DNA of 64,000 nucleotides, taken from Eledone cirrhosa (lineage: Eukaryota). Location of the stretch: the NCBI GenBank assembly GCA_964016885.1, contig OZ024742.1, positions 69,006,001-69,070,000 of the forward strand, read 5' to 3'. This document shows, in pieces, positions 1-13,077 of this stretch (its first letter is position 1; each line of letters opens with the position of its first letter). Below the pieces are notes generated by a model. It was not told the origin of the DNA and did no database searches. It was given only the letters and a program-made list of their open reading frames with translations. Both the position numbers and the translations under genes were made by a program.

Positions 1-483
1 TCTACTCTGCCAAAATCCCTATGAACAAGTTTTGGTTTCTATACGGATCATAAAGTATTTTGTAGTTGAGCCTCTGTTGAACTTTCCACATTCCTAGTTT
101 TACAATGTGGCCATCTATTTCCACAAACCCTCTTGCTTTTTTTTTACTACTTCTTCAGAGAATGTGATCTTCGAAAAAGAAGTTTTCGTGGCACTAGCGA
201 AAGATTTAGTAGCTGCTGCTGTTATTGTTGTTATTGTTGTTGTTGTTGTTGTTGTTGTTGTCATTGCTATTGTCTTTCACAATTTTATTGCTGTTAATTT
301 TGCTGCTTTTGTTTTTTGTTGTTGTTGCTCCAATTGTCATTGATGTTATTCTTGTTGGATATGTTTCCAATATTTTGTGTTTAAAGCCTTATTATTTATA
401 ATAATATGGTTTTGTTTTCTTTTTGAGTCCGTCTCCATTATAGAGACGCTGTCTTCCTCACTTTTCACTTTAGTTGGTGTTAG

Positions 484-521
<38 letters not shown>

Positions 522-700
522 AGACCTTTCGCTGCATTCTCCACTTTAGGTATCAGAATCCATGTATATATATTTTTGTGAAAAATAAAATTAACAAAAT
601 TAATAAAGCCGACATCCCCGTTCAAACAGGACTGAGCCAACTCTTGTCAAGTCTAAAACTCGAACAAAAGGCTAGAGACGGTCAAAATAAACAAAAATGA
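1..700 (-). mobile_element. Degenerate LINE 5'/ORF1 remnant
   Basis: TRNVESSTEAQLQNTL resembles ORF1 SRRVERASESQIQKAL near 39090; poly-Asn/Thr low complexity; interrupted by stops. Confidence 0.4.
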
Positions 701-742
701 AACAAACTCTGCGAAGCGTGGCCTCTACTTCAGTAGTCCTTT

Positions 743-1330
743 ATAATAATTGTTTCTACTTTTGGCACAAGGTCAGCAATTACCCCAGTGCATTACCGGT
801 GCTTATTTTATCGACCCCGTAAGGGTGAAAGGCAAAGTTAACCTCGGTGGGATTTGAACTCAGATCGTAAAAGGCGTAACTCTATGCTGCAAAGCATGGC
901 GCCCGGCCCTCTACCGATTCTGCCAATCCATCGCCCTTGATAATAATAATAATAATGATTTCTTATATAGGCACAAGGCCAGTAATTTAAGGGAGGGGGA
1001 AGTCGATTAAATCGACCCCAGTACATTACTGGTGCTTTATTTGATCGACTCCGTAAGGATGAAGGCAAAGTTTAACCATGTCGAGATTTGAACTCAGACG
1101 ATAGAGGGCCGTAACTCTATGCTGCAGAGCATGGCGTCCGACCCTCTACCGATACTGCCAATCCACCATAATAATAATAATTTCTTATTTTGTCACAAAG
1201 CCAGAAATTTGTGGGGAAGGGTTGGTCGATTATATTGCCCTGATACTTAACTGGTAATTTATTTTATCGACCACGAAAAGATGAAAGGCAAAATTGACCT
1301 TGCCGAAATTTGAACTCAGAACATAAAGAA
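743..1330 (-). mobile_element. Three tandem tRNA-derived SINE copies (about 743-938, 960-1168, 1180-1330) separated by (AAT)n
   Basis: Repeated TCGACCCC..GATGAAAGGCAAAGT..TTTGAACTCAGA core; Pol III boxes on the minus strand. Confidence 0.88.
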
Positions 1331-1670
1331 CAGGTTCAAATATCGGTAGCAAATAAGAATACACCCATCAATCACTGACAACGCAATTCTATACAACTGG
1401 ATCAACGTGGGAGTCGTAACACGGTCGCTTGACCACGTTGAATTAGGAATTTAATCTTTAAATTATATCACGAACTCTTACAAAAGGAATGATATATTGG
1501 ATAAGAACACTATATTTGAAAATAAAAAAAGAAAGCTGGTTGGTCACTGGGCTAAAATATCTTTCTTAAGTCTCTTTTACCAAGTCTAATCTGGAGCTAA
1601 ACAGCAACGTCTAAATAAAATGTCACCCTTTATATGAACGCCAAAGACAGATTATTCCAAATATACTCAC

Positions 1671-1806
1671 CCTGTTTTAACGAAATTGCCAAAAAGTGCC
1701 ATGTATTTTTTGCTGACCTCTTTGTCAAGTTCTGTGTAGGTTTTCAACGGGTGCCCAACCAAAGGAGCTCCAAACAAGTAGAACATATCTATTCCATGTG
1801 GCGCCC
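1671..1806 (-). CDS. Carboxylesterase exon 10 with catalytic His (GAPHGIDMFYLFGAP...FGNFVKTG); gene continues beyond position 1
   Basis: GxxHGxDxxYLFGxP and NFxKTG motifs; His at 1796-1798; TTTCAG|GG and GG|GTGAGT. No terminal exon found in 1-1670. Confidence 0.92.
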
Positions 1807-1847
1807 CTGAAATAAAAACATACAGTAATATATACATATATATTTGT

Positions 1848-1980
1848 TGGCGGTTAACCTTACCGATGTATTAGGTGATGCTCTTGAGGGTGCTTGATTA
1901 TACCAGCGCCTTACCCTCGCTATCATTCGCAGCAATGCTGTGAGTGTGTTGGACTATCTCAAAAGAGGAAAATTCTAGCG
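1848..1980 (+). mobile_element. CRE-like non-LTR element, extreme 3' remnant
   Basis: Translates LYQRLTLAIIRSNAVSVL, like the QRxSxAxxRxNA C-terminus of CRE-type elements. Confidence 0.55.
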
Positions 1981-2567
1981 CCCATGTTATAGCGTGCGAT
2001 TCAAAGTGTGGCTCACTGTTTTTTCTTCTTACACTCCATTTACTTGATGAATACAAATATATATATATAATACATTTTTTATTTCCGATCCTACATATTG
2101 CACAGGTTTTCCTCCTCTAACTCATACATTTTATTAAGCTACCCAGTGCTGTTGGTTCTTACGAGCGTGTATTTCAGCGAATCACGCTCTTTAGCGTTGC
2201 TTTTGAAGATTTCTGACAGCCGTATTTTTTGTTCGATTTCTATTTCTCCTCTTCTTTTCTATTCTTGTTGCAAATGTCTGTCAGCCTGGTTCAACCTATA
2301 AATCTAACTTCATTGTCAAAATGGAAATAATACATCTTAAGTAAATGCAAGAAAAATATTTTAAAAGGAAAATCAATGCAGAAAGCCGAAATAATATACT
2401 CACATGGAGTGCATGTGCCTCGTTGGGAGAAAATATGCAACATGAAAATTGAAATCAGCACGAGTTATTATGAGACGAACAAATAGAACACAGAAAGTAC
2501 AAAGATGATTGTATCTACATTTATATATCTATAAAACACACGCATGAAAATATAGAACACAAACGAA

Positions 2568-2850
2568 GCAACAGAAACATAACACGGGGCGATAAAAGGC
2601 TAGAAGACACGAGCTTCCCATTTCGTGGTGGTAGATCTTCATCTTGGATGTTACATGTGACACTTTCGCTAACGGCAACCTATTGCACTCGGCGACTAAC
2701 CCAGACTTTCCTGCTCGACAAACCGAAGAGAATAAAATGTCGAAATATCGATCACTCATCCCTACTCACTACTGTCGGAACGGAGTTGGCTACCCGCAAG
2801 AGTGAACCCAGCGAGTTGGAATGGCTATTCCAGCGCGTCTCCCTTGCAAT
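2568..2850 (+). mobile_element. CRE-like RLE endonuclease remnant
   Basis: WDVTC.DTFA...EENKMSKY...LEWLFQRVSLAI across frameshifts; homologous to 14731-14940. Confidence 0.65.
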
Positions 2851-3835
2851 ATTTTCTCCAAGTGAAGTTGTTTGTATACTTAAGTTCAAATTAGAATCTA
2901 AGGGTTATTGAAAGAGTTGTTTGAAAAAATAAACACGATAAACAAGCAGAAATGTGACTGAAAATGTTGCCAAAATACCAATTTTATCTTTTTGTCTATT
3001 TTATCCCAGTTAAAATCAGGTCTTTATGTGTTTAATCACGTTTTTAATCTGATATGACATCATGTACTCCATCATGGTATATTATTACATGAAATTTTAC
3101 ACACGAACAAAACGAAAAGGGGACGTATAATCTCGAAATAGGTCATATAAATTGCTACTATCTGCTAAGTTTTACTAAACACAGAGATGTTTTAAATCAA
3201 CGGAATATCTTACGCCCGTGTAATGAGCCTACCCACCATAATCGCGTATCTTACACCAGCAAAGTGAATTTACCTATCGTAACCACCTATCCTACTACAA
3301 TGCATTGTACCTGCCTATCTTAGAAACCTTTTTCATCTTGGTAGACTGCACCTACCTATTACAAAACTTGCTTTGCCTCAGTAAATAGCTCGACCTGACT
3401 CGAACATGTATCATTTTTCATTAGAAAGCCTCGGCGGAATACAATTTTATGTCTTGAAAAACGGGAGATAATTAGCGTTTGGGGCTGAACCCTGCATAGT
3501 CAGGTTGGTGATCTTATATGTCACACTCAGATTAATGTGGTTGGTGTCCGGTGTAAGCTGGAACAAAGTGCTTATCGGAGCATATGAAGCGTCATTTACT
3601 TGGCAGGCCCCCTACTTGATCTTTTAATCCACACGTTACTGTCTTACAATTGTAAGAACATATTTAAAAAACAGTGCACAAAAAACAAAAGCACAAACTA
3701 AAAACAGGCAAACACGAACTGGTCGTGGTTGGGCACTATTGAGAGTGAGTCGTCTGGGTCATGGCTGATGTGGCATTAAACTTTAGATAATAAACTATTT
3801 AAAGTAGTGAAATACGAGAGTTAGGCTGTACTTAC

Positions 3836-3965
3836 CTGTCCACCCTTTTTCTGTGTCAGTAGTTGACCGGTGTGCGAAGACGGATAAATGAACAGGAAAC
3901 GATCTCTCTGCCAATAGTTCAGTCATATGCACCGAGGGATATATAAGAATATAATCTCCTTTTAA
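3836..3965 (-). CDS. Carboxylesterase exon 9 (LKGDYILIYPSV...VHLSVFAHRSTTDTEKGWT)
   Basis: GDxxxxxP...FxHR...W pattern; CTTCCAG| acceptor, AG|GTAAG donor; phase 0/1. Confidence 0.88.
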
Positions 3966-4691
3966 CTGGAAGAGAAAGGTCCAGGTACGAAGCGTTACAA
4001 AAGTCGATTTTGAGATGGAAAATCACCATAACAAGCTTCAATAACTAGTCTACAAAGCAACCAATACATACATACATACAGAAAAAATATATAAAGAGCT
4101 GGATTAGGAACTTGGGGGTGGGTAGGCGAAACACTTCAGGTGTAGGGAGGCCCTCATACTAAAAAGAAAAAATTAAAATAAACAAACTCCTAAGTTTATA
4201 TTTCAAATTCAGCTAGGCGCATGTAATTTGAATTGTCAAGTTAAGCGAAACATCTGACCGCCTTCATTTTTAGTGCGCTTTCCAAACTTAAATGTATTTA
4301 AAAACACACACGCACACACACAAACAAACAAACAAACACACACACACACACACATACACATATACATATTGTTCTGGTGTGTCTAAAATATAAAACCAAA
4401 AGCCCCATCAGGGGGGAACGTCTTTGGAACTCCCAAGGGACATCTATCTTACTAGGCCCCATCCCCATCGATCGGGAGCCCAACTGATGGGGGACCTGGG
4501 GAAATTCCTCGTCCGCCCCGCTATCTGACCCTGTATATATATATATAAAAATATAATATGAAGGTTCTCGGGTGATGTCGGCAGGTACCACAGTTATAAA
4601 AAGGTACTCAATATATTGGCAGAATATAGTCATCTTTAGTATATATATAAATGACTTCTACAGGACTAGTACTGTTTCATTCATATGAAAG

Positions 4692-4730
<39 letters not shown>

Positions 4731-4801
4731 TAGATATAAAATAAGTAAATCAAACATGTAAAATTTGGCTTCGTATTTCGTCGAGTGCTCCAATCTGCAT
4801 G

Positions 4802-4859
<58 letters not shown>

Positions 4860-5202
4860 GAAGACGGGAACTCCAGTTCCATCATAGAGATATACACATG
4901 AATTGCATATACATTATGTAACTCGGGGTGTAACTTCCAGGATTTTCCCAGAAACCCATCGAAACATTTTTATCGATTTCTATCGATTCTAATCGACTCA
5001 AGATGATCTAGGTTACTCGTCAACCTTTTTATATTTTTCGGTGTTGTGGTATAAGTATGGCCACTGCCTTCGGTCGTTTTTCTTGGTGTCACATTTGTTA
5101 ACATTTGTGTACACTCTGGACGCTCAATTGAGTGCTTTATGATTGCCACAAACAACTCGATTAGTACCTGCTTTATAGCGGCTACAACTTCGATTCATAC
5201 CC

Positions 5203-5286
<84 letters not shown>

Positions 5287-5569
5287 GAGACATGCACAAG
5301 GGCTGCGAAAATATGACACAACAGAAACATTTAGCTTCTTTACAGCTGCCTTTGTTTAAAAAAAAAAAAATTATGTTTCTTTTTCCTTCCGTTGGACTCC
5401 CCTTTTTATCTCTCTGTCTCTCTTGTTTTAATTTCTTAACTGTATGGAGTACTAGATAACTTCAAGGCTTACTAGCTCTGTGACGACGTTTAATTTGATT
5501 AAATAAATAAATATGTATGTATGTATGTATGAATGTATGTATGTATGTATGAATGTATGTATGTATTTC

Positions 5570-5990
5570 AGGTCGCTCTCGAGTGTTACTGGTAACATGT
5601 AACCCAGTACAACATGTCTCATGGTCGGATCGTCGGCGACTAAACCGGCAACCCACCAAGATTGCTTGGTGAGGAGGGTGATATTTGGACACCCTGCGGG
5701 ATAAAATACAAGACCCGGCGAAGGGCAGCGGAACTCATCAGAGTCAACGGCCATCCAAATAGTAGTTTCTTTTTCACCTGGGAGTGAAAGGCCCCAGTTG
5801 TTACACTTTTCTAGGAGATAGAAACTCTGAGAAAAAACCTGCGGTTTCGGAAGCATCCGATGATCTTGACCAGTTCTCCTTTTCGGGTAGTGCTTTTGAT
5901 GCTCAGGCATTGATGCACAGGCATTGCTTGTTCAGGATCTGTTACAAGCGATTGCAATACTCTTAGCAGAGTCTGCAGTCATCATGTATA
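5570..5990. mobile_element. Non-autonomous repeat (LINE-5'-like plus degenerate coding part), second copy at 13085-13590
   Basis: Shared CTGGTAACATGTA.CCCAGTACAAC...GGCGACTAAAC.GGCAACCC...GGCCATCCAA block and shared downstream GCACAGGCATTGCTT block. Confidence 0.6.
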
Positions 5991-6000
5991 TATATATATA

Positions 6001-6360
6001 TTGTTATACTTTGGGAGGGTCATGTTGCCAATAAGAAACACACGCACTAGTTGCTTTCACTTCAATTTATTATAATTATATACAAAAACAAAGAAAAGAA
6101 TCCCCAGTCACTGAAGAGGTCACAGAATGTGTGACGAAAGAACTTTGATAATATATAAACAATCATCTGGTTGTGGAACCAACCAACCAACCAACCGGAA
6201 ATTTATAAATTCCTAAATTTATAAATTTATTATAATAAATTGAGGCGAAAGCTACTGGTGCGTGTGTTTCTTATTGGCAACATGACCCTCCCAAAGTATA
6301 ACAATATCGGTTTCGACACACGTTTTCAGATAAAGAATCTTGCTAAACAAATTCAGAAAC
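6001..6360. mobile_element. (TA)n-flanked foldback element, Penelope-pLTR-like
   Basis: About 74-bp inverted arms 6001-6074 and 6231-6304 (about 4 mismatches); internal CTGAAGAG-GTCACA..TGTGAC-GAAA motif. Confidence 0.6.
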
Positions 6361-6398
6361 TATAAATATATATATATATATATATATGTAGGTATACA

Positions 6399-6429
<31 letters not shown>

Positions 6430-6554
6430 CTCTTGCACATTCGCGCACGCACAAACACACACACTCATATATAATTATATTTATGTACGACGCTACAAAT
6501 ATTTACAAATCTAAAATAATACTTATTTGGGTATATATAATATAAAGCTGCTAC

Positions 6555-6634
6555 CTTTTTATAAGCCATTTCGAGAGATAATTCATCTTTAGGGTCGTTT
6601 CGATCCCAAGTCAAATATTCCTGTTTCACAATGT
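6555..6634 (-). CDS. Carboxylesterase exon 8 (DIVKQEYLTWDRNDPKDELSLEMAYKK)
   Basis: Resembles the neuroligin/ChE IxxxYxxW segment; polypyrimidine CTCCAG| acceptor, AAG|GTAG donor; phase 1/0. Confidence 0.75.
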
Positions 6635-7101
6635 CTGGAGATATTGAAAAAGAAATTATTTTAAAACAAAGAACATCTGTGAAGCTCGAATTTCCGAACT
6701 TACGAAAGCACTGAGGAAATAGATTTATAAGATGTACGATTCTCAAACGCAGAAAATAACTACAATTATAGTCAGTTGCTATAAAATAGCTTATAAAAAT
6801 TGGGTAAACACATTTAAAGATGAGAAAATCTTGTCAAAGACTGTTACGAATAATCAAACTCCATATCGCTCGGATACCAACTGAATGCTCGCACAATTGA
6901 GCTAAAGTTCATTGAATTTTTTATTTATTATTTTTTATTCTTATTTGTTCATTTCACTGTTTCTTCTATTTTTAAGCACACTGTTAGTCGCTTTTTAATG
7001 TAATAATACCAGTCATCATGTTTTTTAGTTTTTTGCTTTATGAGTCTGACCTGTATTATAATGCCACCTCTTGCTTGTTTTTATTTGAATAATTACAACT
7101 A

Positions 7102-7611
7102 CAGGGTGGTCAGAAAGTCTTGTATCCCTTGACACATATTGTTTTAAATTTCAGTATTTTTTGTTTTAATAATATAATATATAATATCATTAATTATAAT
7201 ATATATAATAATTGTTTCTACTTTTGGCACAAGGGCATCAATTACCCAGTACATTACTGGTACTTTATTTTATCGACCCCGTAAGGATGAAAGGCAAAGT
7301 TAACCTCGGCGGGATTTGAACTAAGACCGTAAAGGGACGTAACTATGCTGAAAAGCATGGCGTCCGACCCTCTACCAATACTGCCAATCCACCATAATAA
7401 TAATATAATTTTCTATTTCAGAGTTCCTACAGTTTGGAAGAGAGGCTGCTTGCAAGTGTGCATTCTGGCAAGATCATGGAGGATGTGCGACATGAATTCA
7501 CTGCAAGATTCGGCAAACCAGCTCCTCCGAAGAGGACGATACTGCGATGGGAACATAAACTGTTTCTCATTACTTTTTGGTAGGGGGTAACAAGACTTTC
7601 GGACCACCCTG
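7102..7611 (+). mobile_element. Tc1/mariner-type internally deleted element with nested SINE (7207-7393, minus strand)
   Basis: 21-bp TIRs CAGGGTGGTCAGAAAGTCTTG / CAAGACTTTCGGACCACCCTG with TA on both sides; residual HTH-like peptide EDVRHEFTARFGKPAPPKRTILRWEHKLF. Confidence 0.85.
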
Positions 7612-7870
7612 TACATCTATGCTCCTGACGATATGTAGAGCAACGGACAGGTTCCGAATATATCTATTGAGGCACAGCCCGCCATCCTACATTGATACGT
7701 TCGTAGAGTAAAATAATGTTGTAAATATTAACTGGTTATCCATAGTTATTTTATTAAAATGTTGAGCACTGCAGTTCGAGCAATAACAGTCTATAATGTA
7801 ATCCACGGAAGTTGAAAATATGTGTGTACGTATACATATATACATATATACATATGTGATAGATTTATAT

Positions 7871-8076
<206 letters not shown>

Positions 8077-8389
8077 ATGAAAATAGAGAAATTAATGCTT
8101 ACACACACATATGTTCGTATGGGTTATATCGAACATTAATAATAATGTTCGATTCGTTTGTAAACAAATGAGGCCAATTAGAAGCTGTGTCGTACCAGTG
8201 ACTGATCGTCATCTGTTTGTTCAACACTCGCTTTGAGGAACAATCAACATGTTTCTGGGTCATTAGCCTCCATAAGGACTCTATATCTCTTTGCCAATGT
8301 GTTTAACGGTTGAAAATATATAGTATTTTTTCAGTATACATCGGCTGAGTAACCTCATTTGCATACCGAGCGAGTTGCAGCAGGCTTTG

Positions 8390-11340
8390 CCGGCACTGAC
8401 CCTTGGTATTTTTAATTCCGCATTGATTCATTAATGTTTTAATCCGGCTCAAAAACTTATTATTTTTAATCCGACACTGATCATTAGTGTTTTTAATCCG
8501 GCACTGACACCTTTTAATGCGGCACTAATCCAATCCGGCGCTGACCATTATTTTTAATCGGTCACTGATCCTTATTATGTTTAATCCGGCACGTATCCTT
8601 ATTATTTTTAATCCGGCAATGATCATTTGTGTTTTTAATCTGAGACTTAGATATACCATTTTAAATCCGGCATTGATCATTTGTGTTTTTAATCCGGCTC
8701 ACAATCTTATTATATTTAATCCGGCACTTACCTTTATTATTTTGAATCCGACACCGATCATTTGTGTTTTTATCCAGTTCTCAAACTTATTATTTTTAAT
8801 CTGGCATTGACGCTTATTATTTTTAATCCGATACTTATACTTATTAATTTTAATCCGGCACTGACTCTTATTTTTATCCGGGACTTATCCGTATTTATTT
8901 TAATCTGGCACTGGTCACTTGTGTTTTTAATCTGGCACATAAATTTACTATTATTAATCCGGCACTAATCTCAATAAGGATAAGTGTCGGATTAAAAATA
9001 ATAAGGATCAGTGACGCATTGAAAATAATAAGGGTCAGTACCGGATTAAAAATACTGAGCTGGATTAAAAATAGTAAAGTTAAGTGCCGGATTAAAAATG
9101 AAAATGATTCATGCCGGATTAAAATAGTTTTATTTATTTAATCCGGCACGAACACTATTTATATTAATCCGGCACCTATCATTTGTGCTTTTAACCTGGC
9201 ACATAAATTTACTATTTTTAATACGGCAATAATCCCCAATGCATTTAGTCCGACACAGACCCTTATTATTTTTAATCCATCACTTATCCTTATTTATTTT
9301 TAATCCGCTATTTATCCTTATTATTTTTAATCCGAGACTAATCATTTGTGTTTTTAATCTGTCACATAAGTTTACTATTTTTTTCCGGGACTAATCCCTA
9401 GTGTTTTTAATTCGACACTGACCCTTATTATTTTTAATCCGACACCTATCCTTTTTAATTTTAATCCAGCACTTACGTTTATTAATTTACTGATCATTAG
9501 TGTTCTTAACCCAGGACTTAAATATTCTATTTTTAATCCGGCACCAATCATTTGTGCTTTTGATCCGGCAGTGACAAATCTTAATTTTTAATCCGGCACT
9601 TATGTATTTTAATCCAGCACCGATCTTTGTTATTTATAAATCCGGCACTGATCATTTGTGTTTTTAATACGGCACATACATTTTCTATTTTTAATTCGGT
9701 ACAAATGCTTAATACTTTTAATCCGGCACTTATACTTCGGCACTAGTGTTTTTAATCCGTAACTGATTCTTATTATATTTAATCCGGCACTACCACTTAT
9801 TATTTTTAATCGTGCATTGATCATTTATTTTTAATCCGTATTTAAAGTTACTATTTTTAATCCGGCACTTATCCTTATTTATTTTAATCGGGCACATAAA
9901 TTTAATATTTTTAATCCGGCAATAATCCATAGTTTTTTCAATCCGGCACTGATTTTTTGTGTTTTTAATCTGGCTCTCAAGCTTATCTCCACATTGTCAT
10001 AACGGATCATCCTAGCTCCATTATTAGTTTTAATCCGGCACTGATAATTTATGTTTTTAATTCAGCACTAACAGTTATTATTTTTAATCCGGCACATACA
10101 TTTACTATTTTAATCCGGCACTAATCCCTATTCTTTTTAATCCGACACTTATTCTTATTAATTTTAATTCGGCACTGATCAACTGATTAGTGTTTTTAAT
10201 CCAGGACTTAAACTTACTATTTTTAATCCTACACCAATCATTTGTGTTTTTAGTCCGGCTCTCAAACTTATTATTTTTAATCCGGCCCTTATCCTTATTA
10301 TTTTTATTCCGACACTAATTTTTGGATAATATCTACCAGCAATAGGAAGTAGATTTTAATTTCAATAAGTGTCTGTCATATATTAATTGATAGGAGTCTG
10401 AAAGCGGTCATGCGACGGTAGTTATTCGATGTTTTTTTCTAAAAAGGATGAGTGTTATGACTACGAGTGATTTATATATCACTACGAACCGGAACAAAAT
10501 GTGATCGATGATGAATAGTACAATGTATAGGGAATCTTTGTTAAATAGGATACTTTTAAGTTCAATCGATGCTTTCATGAATGAAATAAGCAATAAATCG
10601 GTATGATTAAGAAACTTTTGAAGGCTGGAAGGAAAGTGTCGGTCGTATTGTAGGATATGGAGGTTGGATTGGGTTTGGTAAAGCTGAAATTGAACGGTAT
10701 TTACTAGTTTCAAAGTACCATAAGGGGTCATCCTAGCTCCATTATTATTTTTAATCTGGCAATGATCCTTATCATCTTTAATCTGGCACTGATCAGTTAC
10801 GTTTTTAATCCGGAACTAACACTATTTATTTTTAATCCGGCACTTATCCTTATTAATTTTAATCGGGTATTGACCCTTACTATTTTTAACCCGGCACGTA
10901 AATTTACTATTTTAAATCCGGCACCATTCCCTAGTGTTTATAATCCGGCAATTAAATTTACTATTTTTAATTCTGCACTAACAGTTATTATTTTTAATCC
11001 GGCACTAACACTTATTTATTTTAATCCGGCATTGATCATTAGTTTTTTTAATCTGACATAAAATTATTGTATTTAATCAGGCACTTATCCCTAGTGTTTT
11101 TAATCCGGCACTGGCCCTTATTTTTAATCTGACACCGATCTTTTGTGTTTTTAATCCGGCACTTAAATTCATTATTTTCTATCCGGTAAAAATGCTTAAT
11201 ATTTCTAATCCGGCATTTATACTTATTATTTTTAATCCATCACTGATCCTTATTATTTTTAATCCAGAGCTTATCCTTATTAATTTTAATCCGGCTCTCA
11301 AACTTATTATTTTTAATCCGCCACTAAACCATATTGTTTT
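8390..11340 (+). repeat. Degenerate AT-rich minisatellite, ~27-30-bp unit with core TTTTAATCCGGCAC; inverted block at about 8975-9125; interrupted at about 10320-10730
   Basis: Dozens of copies of (TTA/GTG)TTTTTAATCCGGCAC; the reversed block reads GTGCCGGATTAAAA. Confidence 0.93.
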
Positions 11341-11520
11341 TAATATCTCCTTAGTTTAACTAAGTCTCCTTAGTTTAACTTCAATTAAGAAGCAGATTTT
11401 AATTCTTTTTATCAAATAATTTCCCTTTCATCATATTTATACCCCTTGCTATTTACACCTGCTTACTTCCTGTTTTATAGTTCCACCATTATTTAAAAGT
11501 TTAACTTCTTTTATTTTAGA

Positions 11521-12100
11521 ATGCATTTTAATTGTTTGTCTGGTGATTTCAGACAGACTCTTCCCGTAATTTCCAAAGGCACCAGGGCAGATGAAATCCA
11601 AGCATGCTTTAAGTCCTCTCCATTGTGGCAACAACTGACTCTTACCACCAACACGAGAGTTCAACTGCACGGCGACCAACTGTCAGCCAAATTTGCAAAG
11701 GATATTTTGACACTTAGCGATGGCAAGGTGTCTCTAGATGCTGGTGGAGAAATGACAGTCGATCCAGTTTGCACCATTGTTAATACTGTTGATGATCTCA
11801 AAGACCAAGTGTTTCCAAATTTGAAGGAAAATTATGAAAACCACAATTGGCTGTGTGAAAGAGCAATACTGGCTCCAACAAAGACTGCAATTTCTCATCC
11901 GTGTCAGCTTTGCTATGTCATTAACAAATCCCAGGGTCAGACTTTATCTGTGGCAGGACTTCACTAGGAAGAGTCATGTTTCTCACACGGACAATTGTAT
12001 TTTGGCTGCTCTAAAGTGGGAAGCAAAAGAAATCTATTTGCATATGTTCGACAAGGAAAAACAAGGAGCTTTGTTTACCAAGAGGTCTTATAATCGCAAC
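11521..12100 (+). mobile_element. Helitron PIF1-helicase remnant, internally deleted
   Basis: GDFRQTLPV, RAILAP, FAM..NKSQGQTL and FSHGQLY motifs across frameshifts; the segment between RAILAP and QF is missing. Confidence 0.88.
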
Positions 12101-12551
12101 AACAAGGATGTAGGTACTACGTGCGGACCTTTTCTTAAACAAACTTGACGGAATTTGTTTTTATTTCTTAACCAAAATCAATTTATTTTGTCTTAGGTAA
12201 ACGCTTCCAAAGAAGAGATCCTCCATTGATTGACAAACGGCGAGAAAGTGAAAAGACTAAGAGTAAATGAATCCCCACAGGAAACTGTAAAATGCTTAAT
12301 GTATAGCTACTACAGATTTGCTGGTATCTTTATATAACAGATACAGATTTTGATTCAATGGGTGTTTTTAGACAGATAACATTTTAAGCTCATTTACAAA
12401 AGGCTGTCTCTGGATCACCGTAACAATCACGTCACATGTGCGAAACTTAAATAATTGTTGGTTAACATTTTTATCCTATCCTTGATGCTGTTAATGCTTA
12501 CATTTCTGCACAGGACAGCTAGTTGTGTATCGATTTTTTCCATTTACCTTG

Positions 12552-13023
12552 TATATATATAAAATAGATGTCTGTCTGTGTGTGTGTGTGTGTGTGTAAA
12601 CCTTATACATTTCTACAGTTTGCAACCAATTTTCACCAAACTTAAGACATAGATTACATATGTACTCCGGATGGTCATGGACACTTTCATTTTTCCAGAT
12701 ATTGATTATAAGAAGGGGGGGGGGGGGCAGATAACCCCCTTTAATCGCTTCCGTGGAGTCGACTGAAGCACTGCAGTGCAATGCAACAAAACGTCATAAC
12801 TTCTGGAGTTCGCAACCAATTTTCACCAAACTTGACACATGGGCTATAGATGAATTTGAATTGGCACATATTGAGTAGGGGACCCCTGGGGGCAGGAATC
12901 CTCTTTTGGAAAAGGCCGATGATTTGGTACAAGTATAGTTTTCGAAGCAGCACTGAAGTATTGACGTGAATGCTATATATGATTGCTATTTAATACCCGA
13001 GCAACGCCGGTTACCTCTGCTAG
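12552..13023 (+). mobile_element. Non-autonomous Helitron
   Basis: 5' TATATATAAAA..(GTCT)/(GT)n; internal repeat CAACCAATTTTCACCAAACTT x2; 3' hairpin CCCGAGCAACGCCGG then CTAG|T. Confidence 0.7.
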
Positions 13024-13037
13024 TATATATATGCATG

Positions 13038-13077
<40 letters not shown>

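Noticed and set aside
743-1330. tRNA genes suggested by A and B boxes
   Set aside because: The boxes belong to SINE heads followed by a SINE body and tail; no cloverleaf.
5700-5750. CTGATGA on the minus strand as a hammerhead core
   Set aside because: No suitably placed GAAA or stem III.
6635-6710. Longer version of exon 8 using the CCTCAG acceptor
   Set aside because: Phase 0 does not match the phase-1 donor of exon 7; the 6634 acceptor has a better pyrimidine tract.
10320-10730. 107-aa minus-strand ORF inside the satellite as a gene
   Set aside because: Only faint similarity to a Penelope RT-thumb; no splice or motif support.
8390-11340. CRISPR-like look (constant core with variable linkers)
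   Set aside because: Linkers are short, AT-rich and related to each other; there are no cas genes; the context is eukaryotic. It is a minisatellite.
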